A DNA stretch of 64,000 nt, taken from contig OZ025655.1 in assembly GCA_964019335.1 (NCBI GenBank), positions 124,001 to 188,000 on the forward strand, written 5' to 3'. Shown one piece after another: positions 21,483 through 31,453 of the stretch. Origin of the DNA: Diplonema japonicum (taxonomy: Eukaryota > Protista > Euglenozoa: Diplonemea). The position numbers and the translations under genes were made by a program. The first letter of the stretch is position 1, and each line of letters begins with the position of its first letter. The notes beneath the pieces are model-generated. The model was not told the DNA's origin, searched no databases, and was given only the letters and a program-made list of their open reading frames with translations.

Positions 21483-22925
21483 CTAGGGCATGAAGTAACT
21501 TGTGGAAACAAGTGGTAGCAAAGCGACAGCATCCAATGAAGCATGATGCGCAAGGCCTGCAGGCACCACCCGGAGTAGGCCCTGGTGTGATTCCTTTATT
21601 TCAACTACCTCGGTAACCTCTACAGCAGACACAAGGCCTCCTGTTGCAACACCAAGCTCGTAGTCCTCCACGAGTGACACTCCGTTAAAGGTGACTGTGA
21701 CCTTCGGTGTGCAGTAGTATTTCACACGCCAGTCCGTGTACTTGCAGCTGGAGCAGTACAGACCTTTCAAGGGATCTGACACTCCTTCCCAGCGGGATTC
21801 AGTTGTAGACAGGTAAGACGCCGCCGCTGGGCACTCACACTTGTCCTCCTTCGGGACAGAGGCTTTGTGCTTTACACGTGGCTCTTCTTCCTTTCCATCT
21901 GGAGTGCTTTGATCATTATAGCCCCCTGCTTCTTCATGAAGGTGCTGCAGGCTGACTGATATCAATAGCCTCAGAGTGTACAGTCCGGGAATCCCGCGTA
22001 CAACTATTTCCAGTGCCTCTCCCGCAGCACTCTTGCGCCAGCTTCTGTGCACCTTAGCGAGCTCCTTGTGCGGTAGTGTGGAGTACCTCAAGAGATTCGC
22101 CGTGGACACGGCTTCTTGTGCCTCATCGTCAGCCTTGTACAGAACACCTTCATGAAGCACTTCGCCACCGCCAAAGTTCACGGCATACTCTGGCTGCGCA
22201 AGCATGAACACCTCTGCGCCATGCAACGTCACACTTCCTTGCTGAACCCACACGACCACTGTGTGTACACCGTTTTCGACTGTGAATGTTGTTGCAAAGC
22301 CCGAGGACAGCGTGCCCATGTGTGCGCCGTCAATCTCAACACGTGCGTCATTCACCTCAGAAGCATGCTCGATTGTCACGACGCCACCATAGATCTGCAA
22401 GAAAGCGTATGCACCCGGAGTTGAAGAGGAAATCTGAGATCGTGAGGCTTGCCAAGTACTGCCTGAGACACCCCAATGGGGTGCTGCATGCCAAGTTCCA
22501 ACGAAGACCCTTGCTGAGAGAAGATACAACAGTGAGCCTTCAGCAGCAGACCTAACCCTGACCGTTACTGCCCTTTCGGACACATCTGAAAAGGACACAG
22601 CATATAACACCATGGGGGTACTTGAATTGAAAGAAGCGGCTATCGTTTTAATCGAACCCCCGTCCGTGCTGAATGTGACCTCATGTGTACCCGACCTTCC
22701 CCGAATCTCTATCCCCATACCCTTGAACCAGAGCTTCAACTCGCACTCAACGGCCGTCTGGTTTGCTTCTGCAACACACCCTGCAATGCCGCTTGTTCCC
22801 TCCCACCACCGGTCCTCGTCATCCGTCCACCTCCCATGCACGATCTCTACGTTGCCCTTGAACAGGCGTGCTTCCTTTCCGAGCAGCACTGAACCCAGCA
22901 CTACATTAAGAGTAAGTGCTATCAT
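21483..22925 (-). CDS. Secreted beta-sandwich / malectin-like carbohydrate-binding protein
   Basis: Signal-peptide-like MIALTLNVVLGSVLLG; beta-rich CBM-like repeats; malectin-like YAVNFGGGEVLHEGVLYKADD...GLYTLRL...VTFNGVSLVEDYEL...ASLDAVALL. Confidence 0.6.
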   Translation of the reverse strand: MIALTLNVVLGSVLLGKEARLFKGNVEIVHGRWTDDEDRWWEGTSGIAGCVAEANQTAVECELKLWFKGMGIEIRGRSGTHEVTFSTDGGSIKTIAASFNSSTPMVLYAVSFSDVSERAVTVRVRSAAEGSLLYLLSARVFVGTWHAAPHWGVSGSTWQASRSQISSSTPGAYAFLQIYGGVVTIEHASEVNDARVEIDGAHMGTLSSGFATTFTVENGVHTVVVWVQQGSVTLHGAEVFMLAQPEYAVNFGGGEVLHEGVLYKADDEAQEAVSTANLLRYSTLPHKELAKVHRSWRKSAAGEALEIVVRGIPGLYTLRLLISVSLQHLHEEAGGYNDQSTPDGKEEEPRVKHKASVPKEDKCECPAAASYLSTTESRWEGVSDPLKGLYCSSCKYTDWRVKYYCTPKVTVTFNGVSLVEDYELGVATGGLVSAVEVTEVVEIKESHQGLLRVVPAGLAHHASLDAVALLPLVSTSYFMP

Positions 22926-23041
22926 GCCCTGGGTGTTACTTACTAAAAACAAAAAATGTCGAAATGAATTTCTAAACATAGCTGCACTAAGGAGTGCGTA
23001 GGAAAAGCAAGCCGAGCGGCTAAGAAAAGGGACAAAGGCCC

Positions 23042-25905
23042 TCATTTCGGGTGATGGTCCGGACAAAACAGCCTGCCTTTCTTGTTGTTCAGCAAAACCT
23101 GCGGCACAAGCAAAGCACATGGGAGGTGGTAATGCTTGTTACAGTCGCTGTGGTTACACTTGACTGTCGCACCGTGCTCCAGACAGCCTGCGCATTCGGT
23201 GTTGTAACCTTCGGTGAGGGATGCACAGAGGGCGTCGTGATCGTCAACGGAGAGGTGCGCGTACCTGAGGCAGTGCCAATGGAAGTACATAACCTCACGG
23301 AACAGCTCCAATGGGATAGGTCTGCTGCGCCGCCCCTGTGCATGGGTTGGAGGGTGTGTTGTGCATACTACGCATTTCCGAATCATCGCAGCATGCGCTT
23401 CGTTGGACTTTCCCTCCATCAACTCACCCAGTGTCGCCAGCCGCTCCGTGTCGTCTGTGTTCACTTTGCAAAGTGCGCACTCCTTCGTCGCCGCTGCGAA
23501 ATCCACCCGCTCGGCGCCTATGCTGTTCAGAGTCACCTTCGGCTCTTTCTTCTTCGACCGCCGCTTTTTCTGCGGTGCTTCATTCTCGCCCTCAGGACCT
23601 CTCTTACCCGCTTTTGCTGTACTTCCTGCTTCACCTTCTTTCTTCTGCTTCTTCTTTGGAGGCGTATCATTGTCAACCGCTGGCCCATCTACCTCAAGCC
23701 CTAGGTCTATTGCAGGCGGAGTGATGGGCCTTGGGGGCATCTTCTGCCTTTCAGGTGTCACATCGTCAGCTTCATCAACACCTGTTTGGATGAGGATATG
23801 GCACTTGCATACCAGTTCGTGGTGGCGTGTTAAAAAGAGGTGTGAAGCTCTTTCCATTGCAACTATTGCTGGAGAGACGAACTAAGATTCCAGAGCCAGG
23901 CCCCCCTGGCAAGGTGGGGACCTTTCGCTTTCTAACTACACCAGCTGGCGGGGGGCTTATGGGAGTGTCTGCTGTGTCTGATGACGATTCGCTTTCCTCT
24001 CTTTCTGGCGATCCTGCATTGTGGTTGTGGGCCGCATCGTGTCCAGTACCTTTTGCTGGCGAAGCTCGGTCTCTTGGGCTCTCACTCATAATCTGCCGTC
24101 TCTCAAGCAACGTCGCCAGGTTGCAGTTGCTGTCACTAACTTCTACAAGAAAAAAAACTGGCACCACATTTATTGAAGCATACCTTCGAGCTTCTCGAGC
24201 TTCTCAACCTTCTTTACCGGCAACGAGTCCTTACTTTCGTCAGAGATGGAGATGACCTCCCGGTGGTCAGTCTTTCCTTCCTTCGCATCTTCTGGTGGTT
24301 TATCCCCTATGATGAGTTCACCACAAACTCCGGCCATACCCTTGATAGGCGACACCAGTAGAGCTGAATATTCTGAGCTTTCTTGCGATATTTGTATGCA
24401 TGGCGGGGTGATCACCAGGGTCTTCGGCGGGGACTGCTTGTCCACTGGTGGGCTCAGCATCTTTTCCCGCAGTCGTCTCGCAACTGTTGTGCTTATCTAC
24501 AAAGTTAGTTACACAACATACGTGAAAGAAGTGTCTCACCCCTATCTTCTTCCTCGTTTTCTTCTCTGATGCCTTCAAGCTCTGCGTCTTCAGGCTCATT
24601 CTCATTAGGCCCTGGTTCCTCAGGCGCGTCTGGGACCACCTCCGGTGTTAACTGCTGTGAGTCAACCTTGCCCATGTCCGAGGGTCTGATGGCAAAAACA
24701 TCGCAAGACTGCTCAAACCTGTCCAGACTAAACGTAGTGGGCGGCTTCGATGGAGACGGCTGGTGAGCGGTGACTGTCGGCCCGTCTTCCTCATCGAAGA
24801 CAGGTGACCTGTCGTCGTCCTTCGACGGGTCAGGCGACCGCATGAAGCTGAAGGTAGGAGCAGGCACAGCTTCGGTTCTCTTTGGGGACAGGACCACACC
24901 TTTACTAAGAGGCGACGTGAACAAGAGGCTGTGTTCTTTCTTCTTCGCTTCTTGTTTCACCTTCTTCTGCGGCGTCTTCTCCATTGAACTGTCATCACTG
25001 CTAGAAGGAGGAGTCTTCGACCGAGGAGATGACTTCGGCCGCTGGCTTAGAATTGCATACATCTGCTTTGCCTCTTTCTGATCCCGCTCGTAAGCCTCAT
25101 TGCTCTCGTTGCTCTCTCGTGTGTGCCACCCTTGTGTGGGTGTAATGCCCTGCCCCTGCGACATGTCCTCTTTGCTGACCTGCGTCGAGGACAGTGTGGG
25201 AGACACGGTCACGGTGAATGTAACCTTTTTGACTGGCTTACCGCTGACTGGTTTGTAAATGTCGAATCGAGGAAGAGCAGCCGGGTGGTAGTTGTGCTTT
25301 GTGAGGAGCACGCCTTGGTCGTCCACAGGCGGAGGTGGGGAGGGCGACCGTGTCGGTTGCAGAGAAGGCGCGGTGTAGTTGAAGAGAGGCACAAAGTCCA
25401 TATTGCGGACGGGGATGACAACTGGCGTGCTGGAGTCACCGTCCTGAATGGCGTCTGTGTCGCTGCAGGAAACATCATCACCTAACATAACCACGGGCGA
25501 CAAGAAGGAAGGGGGTGCAAGGGACAGACGCGGAGGTGTGACTGAGGGTACTTCCTCGGCCTCTTTGGGATACACCTCCCCTGTCTGCGACTCCAAGGGT
25601 GCTTGCTGTTGTGGCAAAGGGGCCTCTTCCTCTCCTTGCATGCTCCCAAAGCTCGAGTACACATTACACGAGGCGGCTAGCGAATCATCCACATAAAAGC
25701 TCTCTCCGTAGTCAAGATCTCTACCCGCCGTGTCTATCGGCACCTCCAACGACGGTGGTGCCAACAAACCATCCAAGCTCTCAGGTGCTATCACAGACGA
25801 ACTCAAAAGAGGTGCTGAGAGAGGCGGTGTTTGAGCCTTCGGAGAGCTCTTCCCCATTGATGGGAGAAATGAAAGGGAAGAGGACGGCCTAGGCGGAGGC
25901 GGCAT
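23042..25905 (-). CDS. Extended PHD (zf-HC5HC2H) chromatin protein with long S/P-rich N-terminus; multi-exon
   Basis: C-terminal CALC...FHWHC...CAGCLEHGATVKCNHSDCNKHYHLPCA...FCPDH. Short GTATG...AG introns near 24500, 24160, 23800 and 23350 join the track ORFs in frame. Confidence 0.7.
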
Positions 25906-26005
25906 TATCGATGTAGGTGTGCGTACTTAGAAATACGGCATATAGAACAGTGCCCCCTGTGGTGTTGTGGTGTGGTAGCAAGATGCTGGTTAAAAAAAAA
26001 TAACA

Positions 26006-26914
26006 CTAGGATTGTGTGTCCTGCTCGACGTTGCCGGCCCACCGCTGTTTTTCTTGGTCGCTTTTGCGAGGGTCGAATGTAGTGCCGTGCTGCTCTTCTG
26101 TCCCAATAATGCCAGGGGCAGGGGTCACTTCGAACGACATAATGTCATGGTTGTCGGCGTGGCCACCTGTCTTCCCTGTCAAGGAAAAGAAGTACCCACG
26201 GGGAAGCACGATGCGCGGAATGTGCCCACAGAACTGCTCTCGCTGCGTCCCCAATTTAATGAAGAACTCAAGCTTCTTGTATCGATAGATAACGCGAAGG
26301 CTTGGGTTTGCATCCGGCTCTGTGTTGCGGAACTTTTGCATGCAGCGGAAGGTGGCCGTCTGCTTGAGGTCGGCGTCGTTGTCCCACTGTTTAGCTTCGC
26401 CTTCCCAGTTCTGTAGCTGTGCAAGGTGTATCACATTTCTTTTCTTTCTTTTTCATACCAGTGAGATAGAGGGCTGCTGCCCATCTCTATCATTGTCAAA
26501 AGTGTCAAAAACCAAGGCAAATCCTTTAAAATCTTCGGTGTTTCCCCAAAAAGAGCCCATTGTGGGCTCCTTGTCAGTGTACCACAGAACGAAGCCGTCG
26601 GCGCCAGGACTCGTGCGCCCATGAACGCGGAATGTCATCTTTAGTTGCCAGTGCTCCAAATCCATGTTCTCCTTGTTGAATATACCCCCTACCCTTCCTG
26701 ACAGTTGACCGGTCAGTTTCACACAGTCGTCGGTCAGCACTGCACCGCCAAGCAGCTTCCAGCTCGTTATACCACCTTGCCACCAATCAACCATGAAAGG
26801 GGCGGAGAATGAGTGCAGCGGTAATACAGAATGCCCCATGTCCTCTTTTTTATGAACGAAGAGCGAGCCCGCACAATTTAAACACACCAACAGGGATATG
26901 GTGCGAAGAAGCAT
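26006..26914 (-). CDS. L-type (legume-like) lectin, VIP36/ERGIC-53 family; 2 exons
   Basis: Signal peptide MLLRTISLLVCLNCAGS; sugar/Ca-binding motifs GADGFVLWY, FDTFDND and SLTGKTGGHADNHDI; 42-nt intron at 26417-26458. Confidence 0.85.
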
Positions 26915-27943
26915 TTTTTCTTTTTTTATTCTTTTCTGAGAATATCTTGCACCTTTTGGAAAAACCTTACTTTTTTTCTTCTTTTCTTTTTTGTGGGTTC
27001 TTATTGTAAAAAAAAGGGGGGGGGAGGAGGGGAATAAAGAGAAGAAGAAGAAAAAAGAAAACCACGAGCCTTTTTCTCTTCTTTTTTTTCTTTCCTTTTT
27101 ATTTCTTTTTTGAAAAGGCTTTCCTTCTCTCTGCGTGAGGGAAAGAGCATCGACGACGACAGGTCTGTTGGCTTTTCCCCAATGACGCGGAAGGGAATCT
27201 ATCGACACATAGAGAAAATGAAGAAGCCAGAAAACAGAGACGAGAATAAACGGAGGTTCCTGCTTAGGAACGTCTTCCAAAACCCAACCCAAAAAGCTTT
27301 GTTTGTGCGCACGAGCAGAATTTTACCTAATAAAATAGCTCATTACGCTGCCATCAACTAGCTTTTAGTCTCGACAATTAATATTGTTAAAAAAAAAAAA
27401 AAAAAAAAAAAACAAAAAAACTGATACCGTGTTTGTTCTTAATATGGAACGAAAAATGCTTGAAAAAGGATAACTTATGGAACCTTCCCGATATTTCGAA
27501 AAAAAACGGATTTTGGAATTCGTTTTCTTATTCTTATGCTCGACACCCGGTCTACGGGCCCAAGAAAAACTAAAAAAAATACTAAAAGTAATTTGGAACT
27601 TCTTCCGGTCCCTATTAAGTACAAATACGGTATATAAAAAAAAAAAACTTGGCACCCTATGTTATGAGAACCGTCATTTACTTTTCTTCTCTTTTTTTTT
27701 TCCACCCAAAAGCTTGGAAAAAAAAAAAAAAGAAAGTCCAGCAATGGAAAATATACTCGAAAAAGATTGTGGGTCATCCGAAGTGTAACGTCGACAGTGT
27801 TAAATAATAATATAAAAAAAGCATTCGTATCTCACATTACGCGTGCTTGCGCTCACCTGCCTAGTTGAACTCAGTACCCGTTGTGAGGCTCTGGTGGGTT
27901 CCTGATCAAGCTTTCGATGCTGCAACAACAAATAAAAAAAAAT

Positions 27944-27979
27944 ATATGAGTTAAAGGAGGCCGGTGTTGGCGGCGCCCT
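27944..27979. repeat. 36-nt dispersed repeat, copy A
   Basis: ATATGAGTTAAAGGAGGCCGGTGTTGGCGGCGCCCT, an exact match to 61610-61645; both copies follow an A-tract. Confidence 0.8.
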
Positions 27980-28264
27980 GCACAAGAACTGTCTACTTGA
28001 CTACAGGGGGCGCGCCGCGGCCGAGTTGTAGCTTCTTCTGCGTTCCGCGTCGTGTCCTTAATGCGTGCGGTGTACAGCTCAACCCCAGCCGGTGCGTCCC
28101 GGGTAACCAAGATTCTGCGCTCGTGCAGTTTGCTGCCTGTTCGTCACCCTGAGCATCTGCATTATGTTCTTCCACTCGGGCGCTACCGGTGATGACCGAC
28201 GAGGAGGTCAACAGCGAACAACACATCTGATGTTTTTCTTATATTTTCATGTTATCCCCACCAC

Positions 28265-28296
<32 letters not shown>

Positions 28297-28566
28297 CGTC
28301 TGGAGCGGCATGGTGGGTGGGACACCCCATAAGCTCACCTCGCTGGAGCTTGTTGACTAACGGGAAAAAAAAAGAAAAAGAGGAACTGGCCGTTGTTTGT
28401 ACGTGCCGGGTAAAACCTGGAGAAGTTTGTCAACCCGAAACACGTTGCCAACGTTCCCCTTTTGTTTAGACAAGTCAAAGACTCGTTCTTGCAAAAAAAA
28501 AGAATTACGAGAAAAAAAAGAGAAAAAAAAAAAAAAAACCTCCCCCCTTTCTTCAAGAATCTAAAA

Positions 28567-30762
28567 TCACGGGTCCTCGCTGAGCAGAGGATCAGTCTCA
28601 GAATGGGGAGTTTGCAGGCCGTTGACCCACAACGACACTCGCAGGGGAGGCTGCTCGCAGTGCGAGGGGTAGCGGATCTTCAGGAGCTCGATTTCGGAGC
28701 GATGGGAACGCTTATGCTCCTCACGAAGGAGCACGCCGATGATGAGAAGGAAAACACCACAAACAATAACACCAAGCATGACCACAGGCAGCGCATCTGT
28801 GAAACGTATCAATAGCTTCAACCTATGCAGAATAGCATAAGGGCTGGATATCTGGCTCCGAACAGTGTACACAGGCATGTACGCAGTCAGGACAGGAACA
28901 CCTATGCTGATGCTCGACATTTGCTCCGCATCGAAGAGGATAGATGTCATCCTGTTCACCGAGGCACCTACTGTGCACCCTGTTCGTGGTTCGATGTCCC
29001 ACGTCGTCTCGTCCTCTTCAGGAATAGCAGCCTCTATGTCCACCATTGAGGTGTAGTAAAGGTCGGCGTTGTAAAATCTAGCAGCAGACACGAACATCTT
29101 CGCCCCCCATATCTTCGATATGTTCCACACCCCGTATGGCCCCTTCTGGTAGAAGCCATCCCTCTTCAGTGCTGTGTTGTTGCCATACGTATCCCGGCTT
29201 GTTATGTACCGCTGGCTGCTGACCCCGTCCACTGTCACGTCTTCTGCGTACTCGTACTCCACCAGCCTCCCCAGCTTGTCGTCGAACACGTGGTGCGCCC
29301 CTCCTCCCGTGTACGCCCCCACATATACCCCTTCATGCCCTGCGATGCTGTTCGCCTCCTGCATCCCCCAATACGGTACCTCGGTGTACCCGCCCCATTG
29401 CACGTACTTCCCATTCTCCGTCGGGTTGTTCTTGCCCGACTTGATGATGCATTTACCAGGCTTTGTCTTCGGCCGCATATTCGGTTCGGAGGAGTACCAC
29501 GGCGTGACCAGTGCGTTGGTGTCACGCAGCGTGAGGTTGAACTGCGCGTTAATAGACCCCACAGTGTGGCAGCGGCACCCGTACAGCAGCTCAGCTACGG
29601 TGGACGTCAGGACGTAGGGGTTGAGGCCTTGCTGGAACCTCTGCTTGACGAAATCGGTGATGTTGGATTGGATGTGGGCGTAGTCCTTTGCGATTGTGTC
29701 CATGGCGCCCTGCAGGATGAAGTTGGGCACACCGAGCCCCACATCAAGGACCTGCACCCCCCCGATACTCCTGTCCTTAATAAAGACATAGTCAGTGTAG
29801 TAGTCGTACTGAATGTTCTCGCCATCGCTGGTCCATTCGATGTTTTCCTTCTGGAGTACCTCACGCAAAGTGATGGGGCCGAACTGCTCTAAGGCAGGCT
29901 TCTCGCCATTGGTGTAGTTGTCGTAGTTTGTCCAGTTCCAGAAGTACAGCTCAGTGTACCTTGGCGACTCGCCTCCGGGATCGGCCATGACTCTGTACAA
30001 AAAAGAGCTTGTGTCCTCGACAGGAACGGCGTTGTTGATGGTCAGCTTGATGAGCCCCTGCGACATGCACGCAACCACGCTTCCTCCTAGCGCCAACAGA
30101 ACTCCGATTGTTACCAGCGCACCCCCAACGACAAATGCCCCATCCAACGAGGCACTGCCTCTCTCGTACACAGGATCGACCAAGGATTTCAGGAGCCGCT
30201 TGGGAGGCTTCGGGCGTGTAAATCCATAATCATGCCATGCTTTAACAGTTGACTCGCGCAATAAGGACATGTGCTGCATTGGGAGGAACATAATGGAAAA
30301 ACTCGCCACTGTGGAGGCGACAACCAAACTTGCCGTGCGGGGGGGGATGGAGCAAGACTGGTTCTCGGGACTGCAATACGGGGAATAAATAGCATTCCAA
30401 ATACAAAACAGAATGCAGTAGGGGACAAGACACTCGAGCAGCAACCACATAGTCTTCTGTAAACGGGTATTCTGTCTGCAGGAAGGGAGGAGGTACCAGA
30501 ACCCACGTTCGTAGACACAGTCAGGTCGCACCGCGTTCCAATGGCCCCCCGTGGGCATTGCACCGGGGAACCTCTCGATGGAGACGAAAGTACATATCAC
30601 ACACACGTAGCAGCACACGCCAACTAAGAAGAGACCAAACCCACTACAGTCATTGAAAACGGCCAGGTAGGTGGAACCGAAGGCAAGCAGGCCAATGAGC
30701 AAACTTATGAGCAACACATGTCGAAGAAAGTACAAGATGCCGGTCACAGGCTCACATCGCAT
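28567..30762 (-). CDS. CD36 / scavenger receptor class B (LIMP-2-like) family protein with an extra N-terminal multi-TM region
   Basis: Motifs YFWNWTN...GEKPALEQFGPITLRE, YWGMQEANSIAGHEG, FVSAARFYNAD and DIEPRTG, flanked by TM helices. Confidence 0.85.
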   Translation of the reverse strand: MRCEPVTGILYFLRHVLLISLLIGLLAFGSTYLAVFNDCSGFGLFLVGVCCYVCVICTFVSIERFPGAMPTGGHWNAVRPDCVYERGFWYLLPSCRQNTRLQKTMWLLLECLVPYCILFCIWNAIYSPYCSPENQSCSIPPRTASLVVASTVASFSIMFLPMQHMSLLRESTVKAWHDYGFTRPKPPKRLLKSLVDPVYERGSASLDGAFVVGGALVTIGVLLALGGSVVACMSQGLIKLTINNAVPVEDTSSFLYRVMADPGGESPRYTELYFWNWTNYDNYTNGEKPALEQFGPITLREVLQKENIEWTSDGENIQYDYYTDYVFIKDRSIGGVQVLDVGLGVPNFILQGAMDTIAKDYAHIQSNITDFVKQRFQQGLNPYVLTSTVAELLYGCRCHTVGSINAQFNLTLRDTNALVTPWYSSEPNMRPKTKPGKCIIKSGKNNPTENGKYVQWGGYTEVPYWGMQEANSIAGHEGVYVGAYTGGGAHHVFDDKLGRLVEYEYAEDVTVDGVSSQRYITSRDTYGNNTALKRDGFYQKGPYGVWNISKIWGAKMFVSAARFYNADLYYTSMVDIEAAIPEEDETTWDIEPRTGCTVGASVNRMTSILFDAEQMSSISIGVPVLTAYMPVYTVRSQISSPYAILHRLKLLIRFTDALPVVMLGVIVCGVFLLIIGVLLREEHKRSHRSEIELLKIRYPSHCEQPPLRVSLWVNGLQTPHSETDPLLSEDP

Positions 30763-31453
30763 GTCCTTTGATACCCACCTGTGTGATATTTATGTGTTTG
30801 CTATACGAAAAAAAAGGAAATAATTAAAAAAAAGAAAATAAGTCTTCTGCTCCGCCTCCCTCTTTTTCTGTGTCGCTCTATTTCCCTCCATCTCTCTCTC
30901 TCTCTCTGTCCATTCTAATGCTCGAAAACGCGCACCAGTTTGGAACCAAAAAGAAAGAAGAAGAATGAGAAAAGAAAAACACAAAAAAGAAGGTAGCAAA
31001 AGAGTTCGCTAGGGAAAAGGGAGACGAATATGAATAGCGTTGTGCCCGGGTTGTGATTTTGCTCACTCCCCTCGTTAGTAGAAAAGAGCTTACCGGTTGG
31101 TAACACCAGTAATTATTAAAGGCTGCTTTTGCAAAGACGAGCCAAAAAGAACAAAAGAAAAATATAAATATCCCAAAAATCGTTTGTTCCCATTCGCACT
31201 GTCACTCCACCGTAGAGGGTGCACAATGCTTACGTGAATAAACCATTTTAGCTCGAATCTTTCTCTCTCTCTTCTTTGTGCGATGCACAAGAAGGAAAGA
31301 AGGAAAGAACAAAAATGAAAGAGATTCTCTTCTCAATAGAAGAGACCAAAGAAAGATGAAGGGAGGATATGAAAAGTGTGGAAACCGAAGGTGTAGGAAC
31401 CTTCTAGAGGAAAGCTTGCTTATTATGATAGATTTTACCTTTTCTTCTTTAGA

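Noticed and set aside
4114-26914. Apparent frameshifts or programmed recoding between consecutive ORFs
   Set aside because: Each break examined is resolved by a short canonical GT-AG intron that restores the frame.
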